DNA of 64,000 bases from Octopus vulgaris (Eukaryota): positions 132,494,001 to 132,558,000 of the forward strand of contig OX597816.1 of NCBI GenBank assembly GCA_951406725.2, read 5' to 3'. Under the pieces are notes generated by a model. The model was not told the origin of the DNA. It ran no database searches and was given only the letters and a program-made list of their open reading frames with translations. Positions 22,356 to 36,421 of this stretch are shown here, piece by piece. Both the position numbers and the translations under genes were made by a program. Within the stretch, counting starts at the first letter, position 1, and the number at the start of each line of letters is the position of its first letter.

Positions 22356-24864
22356 TCATCATCATTTAGTACCTGTTTTCCATGGTGGCATAGGTTAGAC
22401 AGTTTGATTGGAACTGGTAAGCTGTACCAGGCTCCAGTCTGATTTTTGGCTTGGTGCCTACAACTGGATACCTTTCCTAATGCAAACCACTCCAAGAGTG
22501 TAGTGGGTGCCTTTTACATGATGAGTCTTCTCAAGCACAGCAAATCACCAATGGCCTTGATCATTTGTCACCACCTCTGTGAGACTCAACATCTGAAGAT
22601 CATGCATCACTACCTCATCCCATGTCTTCCTGGGTCTACCTCTTCCACAGGTTTCCTTCACAGTTAGAGATCGGCACTTCTTTACACAGTGTCATATATA
22701 TATATATATATATAACCCAGATCAGACTGGAGCCTGGTGCAGCCATCTGGCTCGTCAGTCCTCAGTCAAACCGTCCAACCTATGCCAGCATGAAAGCGGA
22801 CATTAAACGATGATGATGATGATGATATATATATATATAACTACATGTCCTTTCTAATGCTACCAGCCAGTGAGGAAGCCTCTATGTGGTCACTTGACAC
22901 ACAAGAAATAGTAGCCTAATTTTCCTCAAATTGCAAACCATCTAAAAAACAAATGAAGTATAGGATGATGTACTCAAATATATTGCTATACTGTATTTCA
23001 GAATATAGATTTTAACCAGCATTTTACTTGTAGATGTAGACAGAAGTAAGCAATTTTTTCTTGTATACAGTATCTTCATGGATAAGAAGACAATCCATTG
23101 TTGGGATTTTGTCAGTGATGAAGTACCCTCTTAACTGTCCACAAAGATCCTGTTTTTAAGACTAACTTGCCAAGAATGCATTAGTTATAAAAATGTATTT
23201 ATATGATTAATTGAAAGCCTTAGTAAAAATAAAAATAGCTTTATAAGCAGCGTCTTCATAGACAGTTAAAAAGGGTATTTAGTCATACAAAAGATCGAAG
23301 CCAGTTTGGCTGATACTTTTTATTCTAAGAAAATTTTGTATAAAATGTTTGTCTACACAGAGAATAGGATTTAAATCAGCCATATCTTGCCCAAATATTC
23401 TACATATTTTATGTTAGAACTGGCCAGATCTGGCCTATCATACCTGCCCTACAATGTCATTGTAAAAATAAATGATCATATCTTTGAAATCTTGAAGGTA
23501 CAAAATAATGTATGGTTAATTGAAAACAATGTGAATAAATAATCATAACATTTGACAGAATAATCTGAATGCTAAAGGATCAACATATTAGAAATCATTT
23601 GGGTAAAGGAAGACACACTGGAATGTCATTGATCAAAAATCTACTGGGTTACACAACATTAAGTAATAACCATCCTACTATGAGGAGTGCAGACTTTGTT
23701 CTATGCTCAGTCAAGCAAATTATGTTACTGCCTTACTCTATGACACAACACAATGTGAGTAGTTTGATCTAAACCAGGTGTACTACTAAAGTAGGACTGA
23801 CAGGATATTAGCAGTATTATAGGCCATCAGGCAAATCAATGCACTAGGCCCTATAAGTTACAGTATACAAAGATTAATATTAGGCTCTGAGATAACTAAC
23901 TTGCTTGAGACCAGCCCTAGTTCTAGGACACAAGCAACCTGTTTTAAAATGATCTAAATCAAAATCTTCCAACAAAATTTCATGCTAATTTAAGTTCCAA
24001 GCACCAGCTTAATAATGGTAAAATTATTTTACTAAATTCTTAATTATTTTAAAAATTAATTGAAACAAAAGGAGGAGTATTTCAGTAGAAATATGGTAAT
24101 GAAAGGGATTCAAAATTTTAAAAGCTGCAGTGTAAAAATGTTTTATAAATCAGTCTCATATATTTTTCAACTGAGAGATGAAATCCATGCCAGCATGGAA
24201 AATGGACGTTGATGCCATGAAACTGGGAAAACGAATTTGTCGTTAGTTAATAAAATTGGCAAATGAGTAGAGAGACCTTTCGAAAAATCTAGTGTGTGGG
24301 AGGGAAAATTAATTTACAACAAATAAGATCCTGCTTAGGTAAAAGTTTGAGGACCACCAACTTATAAACCTATATTTCATAAAACATAGGTTTATAAGTT
24401 GTGTATGAGTTTGTCCCTCATCACCACTTGACAACCAGTGTTGGTGTGTTTACATCCCTATAACTTAGTGATTCAACAAAAGAGACTGATAGAATAAGTA
24501 CCAAGCTTTAAAAAAAAAGTACTGGATTCAATTCATTCAACTAAAATTCCTCAAGGCAGTACTCCAGCATGGCCACAGTCTAACGACTGAAACAAGTAAA
24601 AAGGTGAAAAAAAAAAAAAAGATGGACTTGACATCAATTATATAATGTCAAGCAGGGTATAAGTTAACTGCATACATTAGGGGTTGCAGGTGTCAAAAGG
24701 AATGCCCTGACCTTTTACAAGCCTTTAACACCAGTGGAAGGAAGCAATAATTATTCAAATTATACTCAAATCAGAGACTTCGTTAAAAAATAATGGCATC
24801 TGCTAAAGGCATTGAAATGGGGACAAGTAGAAGTGTATGTATCATATTTCATCTGCTGTTACAT

Positions 24865-25177
24865 TCTGAGTTCATATTCCACCGAGGTTGACTTTGCCTT
24901 TCATCCTTTCAGGGTCGATTAAATAAGTACCAGTTACGCATTGGGGTCAATGTAATCAGCTTAATCCCTTTGTCTGTCCTTGTTTGTCCCCTCTATGTTT
25001 AGGCCCCTGTGGGAAATATAGAAATAAATATTTTTGTCTATCATATTTTGTCTGTCTTTACATTCATCCTTTCAGGGTTGATAAATTAAGTACCAATTGC
25101 ATACTGGGGTCAATCTAATTGACTTGCACCCCCTCCCCCAAAATTTCGGGCCTTGTGCCTAGAGTAGAAAAGAATAT
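24865..25177 (+). mobile_element. Two tandem SINE family A fragments with different 3' tails
   Basis: The first ends CCTTTGTCTGTCCTTGTTTGTCCCCTCTATG...GGAAATATAGAAA. The second ends CCCCCAAAATTTCGGGCCTTGTGCCTAGAGTAGAAAAG. Confidence 0.8.
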
Positions 25178-26949
25178 TTTTATGTACCAGTCATAAACTA
25201 TTAAGATTAGCCTACTTTTGTTAGGATTTGATAAATTAATGAAGATTGTTAAAAGAATTGTGTATCTTGTTTTCTGTTGTGTTCATTCAATATTTACCAT
25301 ATATATGAACTACATCAAGAATAATAATAATAATAATAATGATATTCCTTTCTACTAAAGGCATAGGATGAAAGGCAAGGTTGACCTCAGTGGAATTTGA
25401 ACTCAGAACATAAAGATGGACAAAATGATGCTAAGCATTTTACCCAACATGCTAATGATTCCTTGCCTTATTATTATTAATAATAATAATTTCTGATTTA
25501 GGTGCAAGGCCAGCAATTTTCAGGGGAGGGAGTTGATATCATCAACCCCATTATTTGTCTGATACTTTATTTTATTGATCCTGGAAAGATGAAAGATAAA
25601 GTTGACCTTGGCAGTATTCAGAACATGAAAAACTAGAAGAAACATTGCAACACAACTGTTTTTCTTTTAGTCTTTTTTTTTTTTTTGTTTTGGCATTAAC
25701 AGTTCTGCTAGCTCATCAATTTTGAAGACAGGTTGTCAGTTGATCCCAATGGGATTTTATCTCAGAACATGAAGAACCACAACAAATGCTGCAAAGCATT
25801 CTTTACACATGCTCGGCTAACAATTTTACAATCTATTGCCCTCAGCCTTGAAATGATGAAAGGTAAAGTTGGCCTCGATGGAATTTGAACTCAGAATGTA
25901 ACAGACCTAGAAGAAATGCTGTTACACATTTTATCTGTCACTCTATTGAAACTACAATAATACATTTAGATAAGTTCTTAAAAACAGTGTTTAAAATACT
26001 TTTCTTTGCAAGCACGTGTTAGATAATTACACTGTTTAACAGAATTTTTCATTTTTATTTGTCATTGGTCAGTAGGTGTTATTTCACATTTGCTTCTATC
26101 TAGAAATCAAAGGAAATGACTAGTATTCCTTTCAAACTTTGCTTTTGTGATCTGGACATCAGTGTTTTGAAACTGACCTATTTTTCATTACATTTCAGAC
26201 AGATCCAGTGTTGAGTTACTGAAGCAAAAATATCATTTTAGCAAATATTCTGCTCAATACCACAGATTTGCTTGTCAGTTGCTTGACCTTAACCACTTAG
26301 TGACTGACAACATGTGTGTCACTGATAATAAGGAGGAGTAGTGGAGAGCATCATAGCCATGTTTTGAGAGGGATTCTTTGGGGTTTGAATAAATGTAACA
26401 AAAGCAAAGTCTGAACATATTATTAGTCATTTTTCACAGTTTCTAGGGATAAGCAAAGAGGAAATACCAGGGGCTATCCATGAACAAAATTTGTGTTATA
26501 GTGTTTCTATAAACTGTCTGAGCAGTCAACTGCACAAGATAGTAAACCTCAGGCAGTAATGACACAAGATCATGATGCATGGAAAGAAACTACACAATGA
26601 GTAACTAATGTCAGCATAGGAAATGAATATGTAGCTGATGGTGTTGATGGGGAAATCCTTTCCACAGTTAAACACTTAATCATAGAGCTGGTAGTATGTG
26701 TGTACACACACACATTATGACAAAGCAAAAAATTGAATCCTGCTTCATATAGCACAGGCACCTTGTATATGGTTGCCTGATCAGCTAAAATAGGTAATCA
26801 TACAACAAGCAAATTTTAAAAAAAAACATACCTGTAGTTAGGTTGGCACATCTGGATCCTTCAGTCAGCAAATCACCATTTGAGCTAATGAAATACAATT
26901 GTATTTTATAATTTTTTAATTGATGAGTTACACTTTTTTGTATTTTTTG

Positions 26950-27735
26950 GTTGTGATCAACTGTGATCATAGCCATCCTTTTACATTTGTTTCCAGGTTT
27001 GCATGCTTTAGGCAGGTTTTCTCCAATACGGTACCTTGTCACTTGCTACCTCTTTCATGTGGTCCAGATTCAGAGATTATATTTTAATCTATCTTCTACT
27101 TCCACAGATCCCTTCCATTTGGATTTCTTTGCTCAACTTTTATATGTCAAATGTTTCAGATCTGTAAATAACATGGCCTTCTCTTTTGCAGATTATAGCT
27201 GATCCCTGTTCATACTAACATTAAATAACACATCCAGTGGAGCACACACATACAATTTCTTTCTAGCATTTGCATGTCCTCTGTAATCACTACCTATGTT
27301 TTACTAACCTTCACTATCACACTTTGTACACAAGCATTACATAATCTGCTCTTTCAGAAAAAATTTCTGATACCAGCAGTAGTAATAGAGCATTTTTACT
27401 GTTCTTACTTTAGCTATTATGCTCTTAGAACACCCACTCCAACTGCAAGGTAGCTGAAGCTGTCAGCTTACCTCTAAAAAGATTTCTGGCATTTGAATGA
27501 ATTCATTTCATGTATGAATTTATTTTGCATCTGTTACAAAGTCCTCTACCAACACCTGCAACCCTACTGTATATCTTGTGCATCCATGGTTTTCACAGTT
27601 GCATTAGGTATACAATATAGATTTCCTACCAACTGTTTGTTTTCCCGCTTGTTGTGCATGGCCACTTCCCAGATGGTGGTGGAGTTCTTCATGTTTTCTT
27701 CCTTAGATTTCTGCCTTTGCTAGGTTCACCTTTAG
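26950..27735 (-). mobile_element. Decayed RTE-clade LINE fragment
   Basis: The minus strand has remnants of the post-RT region (LEVADSFSYL-like, GGCSKSIIAKVR-like, and a Cys-rich segment), homologous to 21340-22020. Many stops. Confidence 0.5.
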
Positions 27736-27752
27736 ACCTCATGATTCTAGAT

Positions 27753-27976
27753 CGGTGATGGCAAACCATGAACATGCATGTCAACAATGACACATTGTGG
27801 GATTTTGGGTGACATACAATGGTCTTTGAAAGAAAAAAAATCTCCCAGTAATATCATGCTATAAAAAGCTTATCTACAACTAAAATTCTTGCATACTTAT
27901 AATTCACACTCCAAAAACAGAATCATTAAAGGAATCAAAATTGCAACATACTGGACTAAAAGATCTGCTACCACTG
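27753..27976. mobile_element. hAT-type MITE
   Basis: Ends CGGTGATGGCAAACC / AGATCTGCTACCACTG. 8-bp TSD TTCTAGAT / TACTAGAC with a CTAGA core. Confidence 0.6.
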
Positions 27977-28009
27977 TACTAGACTCTGCTTTTATATTTT
28001 TTCTTTAAT

Positions 28010-28380
28010 CTTTTACTTGTTTCAGTCATTAAACTGCAGCCATGCTGGAGCACTGCCTTGAGAAATTTTAGTCAAACTAATCAACACTAGTACTTATTTT
28101 CTTTTAATCCTGATACTTATTCTATCATTGTCTTTTGCTGAACTGCTAAGTTACAAGGACGTAAATACACCAACACCAATTGTCAAGTGGTGGTGGGGGA
28201 CAAACATAGACATACACACACATATATATATAACAGGCTTCTTTCAGTTTCCAGCTACCAGATCCACTCACAAAGCTTTGGTTGGCCCAAAGCTACAGTA
28301 GGAGACACTTGCCCAAGGTGCCATGAAATGGGATTGAGCCCAGAACCATGGGATAGGGAAGCAAACTTCTAACCACACAA
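28010..28380 (-). mobile_element. SINE family B copy
   Basis: Reverse complement of the 50883-51261 element. Confidence 0.8.
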
Positions 28381-31300
28381 CTTTTTCTTAATCCTTTGAT
28401 ACACTACTTTAAAAAAAAAGATGATCTTGACTTGAATTCTTTTGAGTATTCAAGTAGGGTTGACCAATGGTTAAACAGCAACATTATCACAAAGAATGGA
28501 GTGGAAGAGAATAAAGAAAGAAAAGGAGAAAAATATAACAAAAGGACAAAAAAAAATAAGGCTTTACACAAGAAGTGTTAGAACATTATATGTATTCACA
28601 AAACTTTATTCTGCAATCTTGCTTGTGTCTTCTTGAATAGCTTGCAACATTAAGATATCACAGTTAATAAAATATACACTCAGCCAGCCAGACATGCATG
28701 TAGAGAAAGATGCAATTTTTATTATTTTTTTTTTCTTGCCTGTTTTCTTTCAGATCATTTCTGAAGAGATTGGCATCTATATCAAAATAGATCTCCCAAT
28801 GGTGATTCTTGTCCATCTATAAAACTGATGTTTTGCTTAAATCACCATTTTATCTTTACAGATATCACAGATGGTGATGTCTTCTAGAAATCAGTCTTTC
28901 TTCAATATTGGGGAAAAAAAAAGGACATGAAATATATAATATATGTATATATTTCATATATAAATATCGAATACACAAATATGTTTTATATTCTTTACAA
29001 ACATGGCAAACTTATTTAGTTTTAAGGAGAGGGAGAGAGAGAAAGATAAAAAGGAAAAGTGTTTTCCAAACATTATTTTAATCATATAAAGCAAGAAAAT
29101 CCCAGTAAGTTCTCTGCAATTATAAATGCATATATGCGTGTATACATGTGTGTGTGTCTGTGTGTGTGTATATATATATATAGGCGTACATACATACGCA
29201 CACACACACACATACATGTATACACATGGACTAATGCAGCATTAAATTAAAATAGCATCTATGTATCATTCTTAATGTACATACACTGATGACAATCAAA
29301 TTAACTCAGACAAAAACAAAAGTAACTTGCCTGTCAACAGGCTACACACACACACACACACACACACACACTCCTGTATAGATGGCAGTCTCAGATATAT
29401 TGGTATCAAAAGGGTTAAATTTTAAAAATTTAAGAAAAAACCCATTAAAAATCTCAATATATTTTGAAAATATATTTATACTTAGTAAAATTGGATTTCT
29501 TTCTAAAATAAATTTGAAAAGCTTAACTGTCAATGTATTTATTTTATATTTCCACAATAAAAATTATTTCTATAAATAATCATAATGGTTAAATAGTTCC
29601 CTGAAATTCTACAAGAATTTAATTTCTATGAGATTATTCGAAGAAGACCCTGGCTATAAAAGAAAAAAAACATTTATATAAATCTGGTATTTTACAAGTT
29701 TTGTTCAGTGTTTAACTGAAACAAATTTTTTTTTACTCTTTCTCTATATAATTAACAAAAGAAACAAAAAAATCATACAGATATTTTGGAAACAATAGTA
29801 AAGCCAGTTTCCCTTCAGATACAGAAAACAGACTTTGCAGAATTTTAAATATTCTTCTTTAGAATGTTGCTGTCCACACAGTGATAGAATGAAAAGAAGC
29901 AGGATACTCTTTTCCCTCTTCTTTATACTCATTCCTCCCAGCACACTGGTGTGATACTGCTGATTACTTTACTGTTCATTATTAGTGGTGTCTGTCAATG
30001 TCTAGTTAGGCTCATTGGTTTCAGAAGAAGAAAGGGAAGTTGTAATATTCATGCCTCTCCCATGGTTGTTAGTTGTGTGGGTGAAGTGAAGAGACTATAG
30101 TTGGTAGAACTAGAGTCAAGTTGCTGCAGACTTTTTGCCTGTTGGAGCTTATCTCATATTCTATGATGGGGTGAAAGAAGAGCAGGATTACTGGAAACTA
30201 TTAAACAGTACATAAAACAAAAAGAACATTGTGAAACTAGCAGTGAGGTTTATCTCATTCAGTAACATACAAGCAATGAAATTAGTACACTAGAACCTGT
30301 CTTATACATTATTTGGCTTCTGCATGCATGATGGCCTTAAAGCCATTATAACAGCTTTTATGTTTAAAAAAACCCGGCTTAACTAGAGAAAGAATAGAGC
30401 AACACCTATGACGTTTTTGTAGGGGTTTTGGGGCTAGCAGAAAGGTGGAGATGGAGGAAGAAGCTGGAAATCTGGTCCAAATGCTTAAAACAATGTAGAC
30501 TTTGCTAAAGGCACCCACAGATCAGATGGTGATGTTAAACCAAAAAATGGAAGTTTACATCAATAACTGAAATTTTATCATCATCAGCATGGAAAACGGA
30601 CGCTAAACGATGATGATGATGATGATGATTACAACCAGAATCAACCACTTGACCTAAATTTAGCAAATATATATCCAAAATATTATACCCATGATGCTGT
30701 AACTAAATGATCAACTGTCGGCAGTTATCAAAAAATTAAAGCAGAAATTTTGCTATAGGTCATTGAGTTTTAGCATATTGTTTAACATAAGGCAGTGAGC
30801 TGGCAGAATTGTTAGTACACAGGGTGAAATGCATAGCAGCATTTCATCTGACTTTGTGTTTTGAGTTCAAATTTCAACTTTGCCTTTCATCCTTTCAGAG
30901 TCGATAAAATAAGTACCAATTGAATACATGGATTGATGTAGAGATGCCCTCCCCTCAAAAATCACAGGCTGTGTGCTAAAATTTGAAAGCAACAGATTAA
31001 GAGCCCCTTTGGTCAATGAAGGATCATGGGATTGCACTGAGAAAGTTACCCTCCAATGCACAAGTTCAGACAAGGTTGTTAATGAAAGACAAGCAGTTTT
31101 CCCTCTCCCCACTACTGATGTTATTCAACGGAAAGGCAAAGGCCAGTACAGCTTGGCACCAGTGATGTCACAACTCATTTCTACAGCTGAGTGAATTGGA
31201 GCAACGTGAAATAAAGAGTCTTATTCAAGAACACAACATACAGCCCAGTCCGGGAATCAAACCTCATGATCGTGTGTTTGACACTCATTATTGTATGTAA

Positions 31301-33114
31301 ACAAATGAACATTTGACATTAAAGTTGGTATTTCAATATCAAATTTTATGAAGAAGGAGACACTGGTTTCAACAGACTTCAGTATATCAGAGATATTTAT
31401 TCAAACCCAGAAGGAAACCTTTATATGACCACTTGACCAACAAGGGATAGCAACCAAATCTCCCTCAAATCACACACTACCATCTTTAAAAAAAGGAAAG
31501 AAACATTGGATAATGTAATCTGATACACTTATCTTCATCATCAATATCATTTATCATCCACTTTTCTATGCTTGCATGGGTTGGACAGAGTTTATTTGAG
31601 GCAAACTTTCTACAGTCGGATGCCCTTTCTCTTGATGACTCTCACTGATTTCCATGGCCAGACATGTTCTTGAAGAACATTGGAAATGAATGAAACTGCT
31701 TGTTTGAGAGTGTCACTCATTTACTACTATCATATAATATTGAGACAAGGAAACACACACACACACATATATATAGCACACGATGGGCTTTTTTCAGTTT
31801 CTGTCTACCAAATCCACTCACAAAGCTTTGGTTGGCCTGGAGCTATAGTTGAAGACACCAACCCAAAGTTCCATGCCTCGGAACCAAACCTGGAATTGTG
31901 TGGCTGAGAAGCAAACTTCTTACCACCTCTGTCTAGACACATACAGTCTAGTAAAAGGAGAGCCAACTTTAGGCTAAACAACTGATGTATTGATTTTATA
32001 TGGTCTGGAATGGTTATATTATTTGGAATAATAGAAAATGGTTATATTATTTGGAATAATAGAAAAGACCCAGTGTGTAAGTTTTCTGCTGTCCACATCC
32101 ACTTAAAAGCTCTAATAATAATTAGCAAAGAAAGTACAAGTCCAGAAATTTGGAGAAAAAGGAAACTGTAAAGAGCCAGACCAAATATAGCAAATACCAT
32201 TTAACGTTCTATTCATTGTTACTTAACATTTGTTTTCCATGCTAGCATGGGTTGTATGTTTCAACAGGAGCTGGTGAGCCAGAGACCTACATCAAGTTCC
32301 AATGACTAGTTTGGCATGTTTTCTAAAGCTGGATGTCCTTCTTAACACCAACCACTTTACACAGTGTCAATACTATTGAAGTTACTGAGTAATTTGTAAA
32401 ACAAGACTCCTCAACAGAGGAAGCGGGGAGTAGTATTAAGGGAAATGGCTTTAAGTCAGGTGATGGGTGGTCAAGAATGATAGGGAGATAGGAACATGTG
32501 CCAGCCTCAGTTGGAAGAGAAGGAGAATGATGGGGAAAATGTATCAAGGTGTACCTTCAAGTTACAGGAAGGTGAATAAAGGGAAGTGATGAGGGTAGGT
32601 AATTAAGTTCCGAGAGAGAGTGAGAGGTGAATGGTAGATGGATAGAGGGAGATGCATTGAATAATGGACACAACAGAGGCAAAGACAATTCTGAATATCA
32701 GTTGGAAGGTAAAGAAGAGGAAGAAGGTGTAAGTCAGGAAGGTAACAGATGGCAGCAAAGATGATGTGGAGTGAATGGGGGTGTGATTCTGCCAATCCGT
32801 CACAGTACTTACATGCTCTAACAATGATTTCTTCTATAGGCACAGTCGACTACACTGACTCCATTATAATATTGATTTCAAATTTTAGCACAAGGTCAGC
32901 AATTCCACTGACAAAATGCCACTAAGCATTTTGCCCAATGTGTTGACTATTCTGCCAACTCACTGCTTATGACTCCACTTTAATATTGCCATCTATTTTA
33001 CCAACCCTGGATGGATGAAAAGTAAAGTCAACTTTGGTAGAATTAAGATCTTAGAATATATCAAAACAATAAAAGGTATTTTGTGACACACCACTGATTC
33101 TACTTATAAAGGTT

Positions 33115-33550
33115 TTAAATTTTGGCACAAAGCGAGCAATCTTTACAGGAAGGGTTAAGTTGATTATATTGACCCTAGTGCCCAGCTGGTACTTATTTTA
33201 TTGATCCTGAAAGGATAAATGGCAAAGTTGACCTCAGCAGAATTTGAACCCAGAATGTAGTGAGTCGGAAGAAATACTGCAAAGCACTTTGTCCGACACT
33301 CTCACAGTTCTGCCAGCTCAACACGTTAAATTCTTCTAATAATGATTTCAAATTTTGGCACAAGGCTAGCAGTTTCATGGGAAGAGGCAAAGTCAATTAC
33401 TTCAATATTCAACTGCTACTTATTTTTATCAACCACAAAAGGATGAAAGGCAAAGCTAACCCCAGCAGCATTAGAACTCAGAATGTATAGATGGGAAAAT
33501 GCCACTAAGCATTTTGTCTAGCATGCTAATGACTTTGTCAGCTTGCCACC
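33115..33550 (-). mobile_element. Two tandem SINE family A copies
   Basis: Each runs from TTTGGCACAA... to ...TCTGCCAGCT/TGTCAGCTTGCC and carries the family A core. Confidence 0.75.
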
Positions 33551-33919
33551 TCCAATTCTTCCAATAATGGCTTTTATCTTGGTGAGGAATTATAAATGAT
33601 TAAATTGATTCTGTAACCTTACTGGTTCTAATTTTGTTGATTCCCAATGGATGAAGATGCAAAGTTTATCCTGCAGTAATTTAAACTCAGAATAGCAGGA
33701 CATCAAACACTTTAAAGTACCCGACGTCATATGACTATAATGAAGGATTGTATTCAGTATCTAGGACTATACCACCCAATGTGTTCCCTTTTTATGCCCT
33801 AGATCAACTCTCATCAAGCAGACCTATGATGAATTCAGTTGTGATCCATCTCACCTTATTTTGTTTTCATACACACTGTCTTTATGACTAATTATCCAAT
33901 GTCTTTACTATCGCAACAC

Positions 33920-34300
33920 TCTTTTACTGTTACTTGTTTCAGTCATTTGACTGTGGCCATGCTGGAGCCTTTAGTAGAGCAAATCGACCCCAGGACCTAT
34001 TCTTTGTAAGCCTAGTACTTATTCTATTGGTCTCTTTTGCCAAACCGTTAAGTTACGGGGGACATAAACACACCACCGTTGGTTGTCAAACGATGTTGGG
34101 GGAACAAACACAGACACACAAACATATACACATACATACATATATATATATACATATATACGACGGGGTTCTTTCAGTTTCCGTCTACCAAATCCACTCA
34201 CAAGGCTTTGATCAGCCCAAGGTGCCATGCAGTGGAAATGAACTCAGAACCATATGGTTGGTAAGCAAGCTACTTACCACAAAGCCACTCCTGTGCCTAT
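33920..34300 (-). mobile_element. SINE family B copy
   Basis: Reverse complement of 50883-51261, including the internal (TA)n. Confidence 0.85.
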
Positions 34301-34331
<31 letters not shown>

Positions 34332-36218
34332 CAACAATAATAATCCTTTCAATTAAAGGCACAAGGCCTGAAATTTTGGGGGAGGGTTAAGTCGATTACA
34401 TCGATCCCAATACTCAACGGTAGTTAATTTATCAACCCTGAAAGGATGAAAGGCAAAGTCAACCTCAGTACAATTTAACAATAATAAAAATAATAATATT
34501 TATTGTGACATAAGTATTAAAAAGGTTATCTTGACCACAATAGAATTAAAGATTTTTTGTTGTCCAGTGTTGTCTCCATTTGTTTACCAATCACTTGTCA
34601 GAGTGTACAGGATACATTTTATCATGTTATCATTACAATGAGGTTACTTTGTCTCTAGCCAGATTAAAGAGTTTGCTCTAGCTTACACAGTCACATTGTC
34701 AACAACTTTACAGAGTGGACAGGATGCATTCAATACTAAGGTTACTTTGTCTCCATCAAGATGACAAAGTCCTCCCTACACTGCCACCTTCCTTTTTGAA
34801 TCATTTTACAGAGAGTACTGGGTGTGTGTTTTATTGTAACACTGTTATGGGAGAATTCTGAACACCTCCATGTGACTGAAGGTGGACTAAATGATGACAA
34901 TAAATAAGAACTGAGTGGACTCTCAGTGTGGGTAGCTGATGGTGTTAGTTCGACCATGCTGGCTTAACAGTTGGTAGTTGAACAGCGAATACTGAGTATT
35001 GTAACTATGTTCAAGTTGTACGGAGTGCGTTCTGTGTTACCATATATTTGTATGATAAGTTATTTTTAGATAACCATAACCATTTATTTGTGTAATACCA
35101 TTCTACACCAGTCATGTATACCCACATCATAACAAACACCAACACCAGAAAGTTTGTTTGACTAAAGTGTTCTTTTTATCCATTTTTCTCTCAGTTTGTT
35201 CATTCACAAATGCAATAATAATTTCTAACATTGACTTAAGGCCACATATTTCAAAAGAGGTTCAGTCAATTTGATCCAGTACTTCACTGGTAGTTATTTT
35301 ATAGATCCCAGAAAGTTGAAAGCTAAGGTTGATACTGGTGTAAGTTTTTACATCAGAATACAAAGAAAATATCACAAGTTCAGTGTTTTACCAATTCTGC
35401 CATCCACTACCTTCAATAATAATAATAATGAATATTAATTATATTTAGATAAGGCATGAAACTACTTAAGTGTCTTGTCAAGAAACAGTCCACAATGTTT
35501 GCAACTGAACACAAACGTCTAACATGCAATAGAAGTCCAATCTATTTATTTGCTAAACAATTGTATTTTAGGCAAATGCATGAGAAAAATATTACTGTTG
35601 ATACTTAGCTCTGGTTTTATATCTTTTAGCAGGTGGTGTATAAAATCTTTCCTCTGGATAGCACGCCAAGCTATAGAAGGTAACATTATCACCAAATTGG
35701 AACTCACAACCTTGAAGCAGGTTCTTTAATGCTTAATCCACACAGCCATCTTGCATGTTTGCTAAGCATGGAACCTTTGGCAAGCATAGATACTATTCTC
35801 AAAGGTAAAACTCAATATCTGCAATAGATATGGACTTAAAGGACAAAGTCCAAGAATACAGTACCTTAAACCAGTAATATTGTACCTGTAGGTACAAAGT
35901 TTCTGATTCAAAGACATACAGAAATATGGAAATGTGGCATTTATGGCTTATCTATGTCAATAAAATGCTTCTAATTGACAACAAAAACAACATTTAGGAA
36001 TAGGTTTTCCAAAAACTTATTCCAACCCACCTACAATAATAGTAATATTTCATATTAGCAGCACTAGACCACATACTTTTCAAGGAGTGAGAAAGTCAAT
36101 GAAATTGCTCAGTAAATGACTGGTGCTTATTTCAAAAACTCCTGTGTAATGAAAGACAAAGACAATCCCAGTGAAATTTGAACTTTGAATGTAGAGGTAT
36201 AAAATGAAATGCCATTAA

Positions 36219-36421
36219 CCCTTTCGTTACCATATTTATTTTGAGATGCTCTGTGTTTCTTTCAATTATTTTAAATATAACAAAGAGGTTAGTAAAATAA
36301 CTTAGTTATCATTAGGCTAGTGTTAGGAACATAAATTGTGACTAAGGTTTGACGGAAGATTTTAATTCAAAACTTATGAAAACAGGACATTTCTCCCACA
36401 GCCGGGTTGGTAATGAAAGGG
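36219..36421. mobile_element. piggyBac-like MITE inserted in an old SINE A copy
   Basis: TTAA|CCCTTTCGTTACC ... GGTAATGAAAGGG|TTTA. The flanks rejoin into the SINE motif AAATGCCA(C/T)TAAG(C/T)ATTTT. A related copy lies at about 23940-24107 (-). Confidence 0.75.

Noticed and set aside
32009-32066. Perfect 28-bp tandem duplication (also short repeats at 43770-43820 and 10678-10735)
   Set aside because: Ordinary slippage-type duplications with no spacers, so not CRISPR-like.
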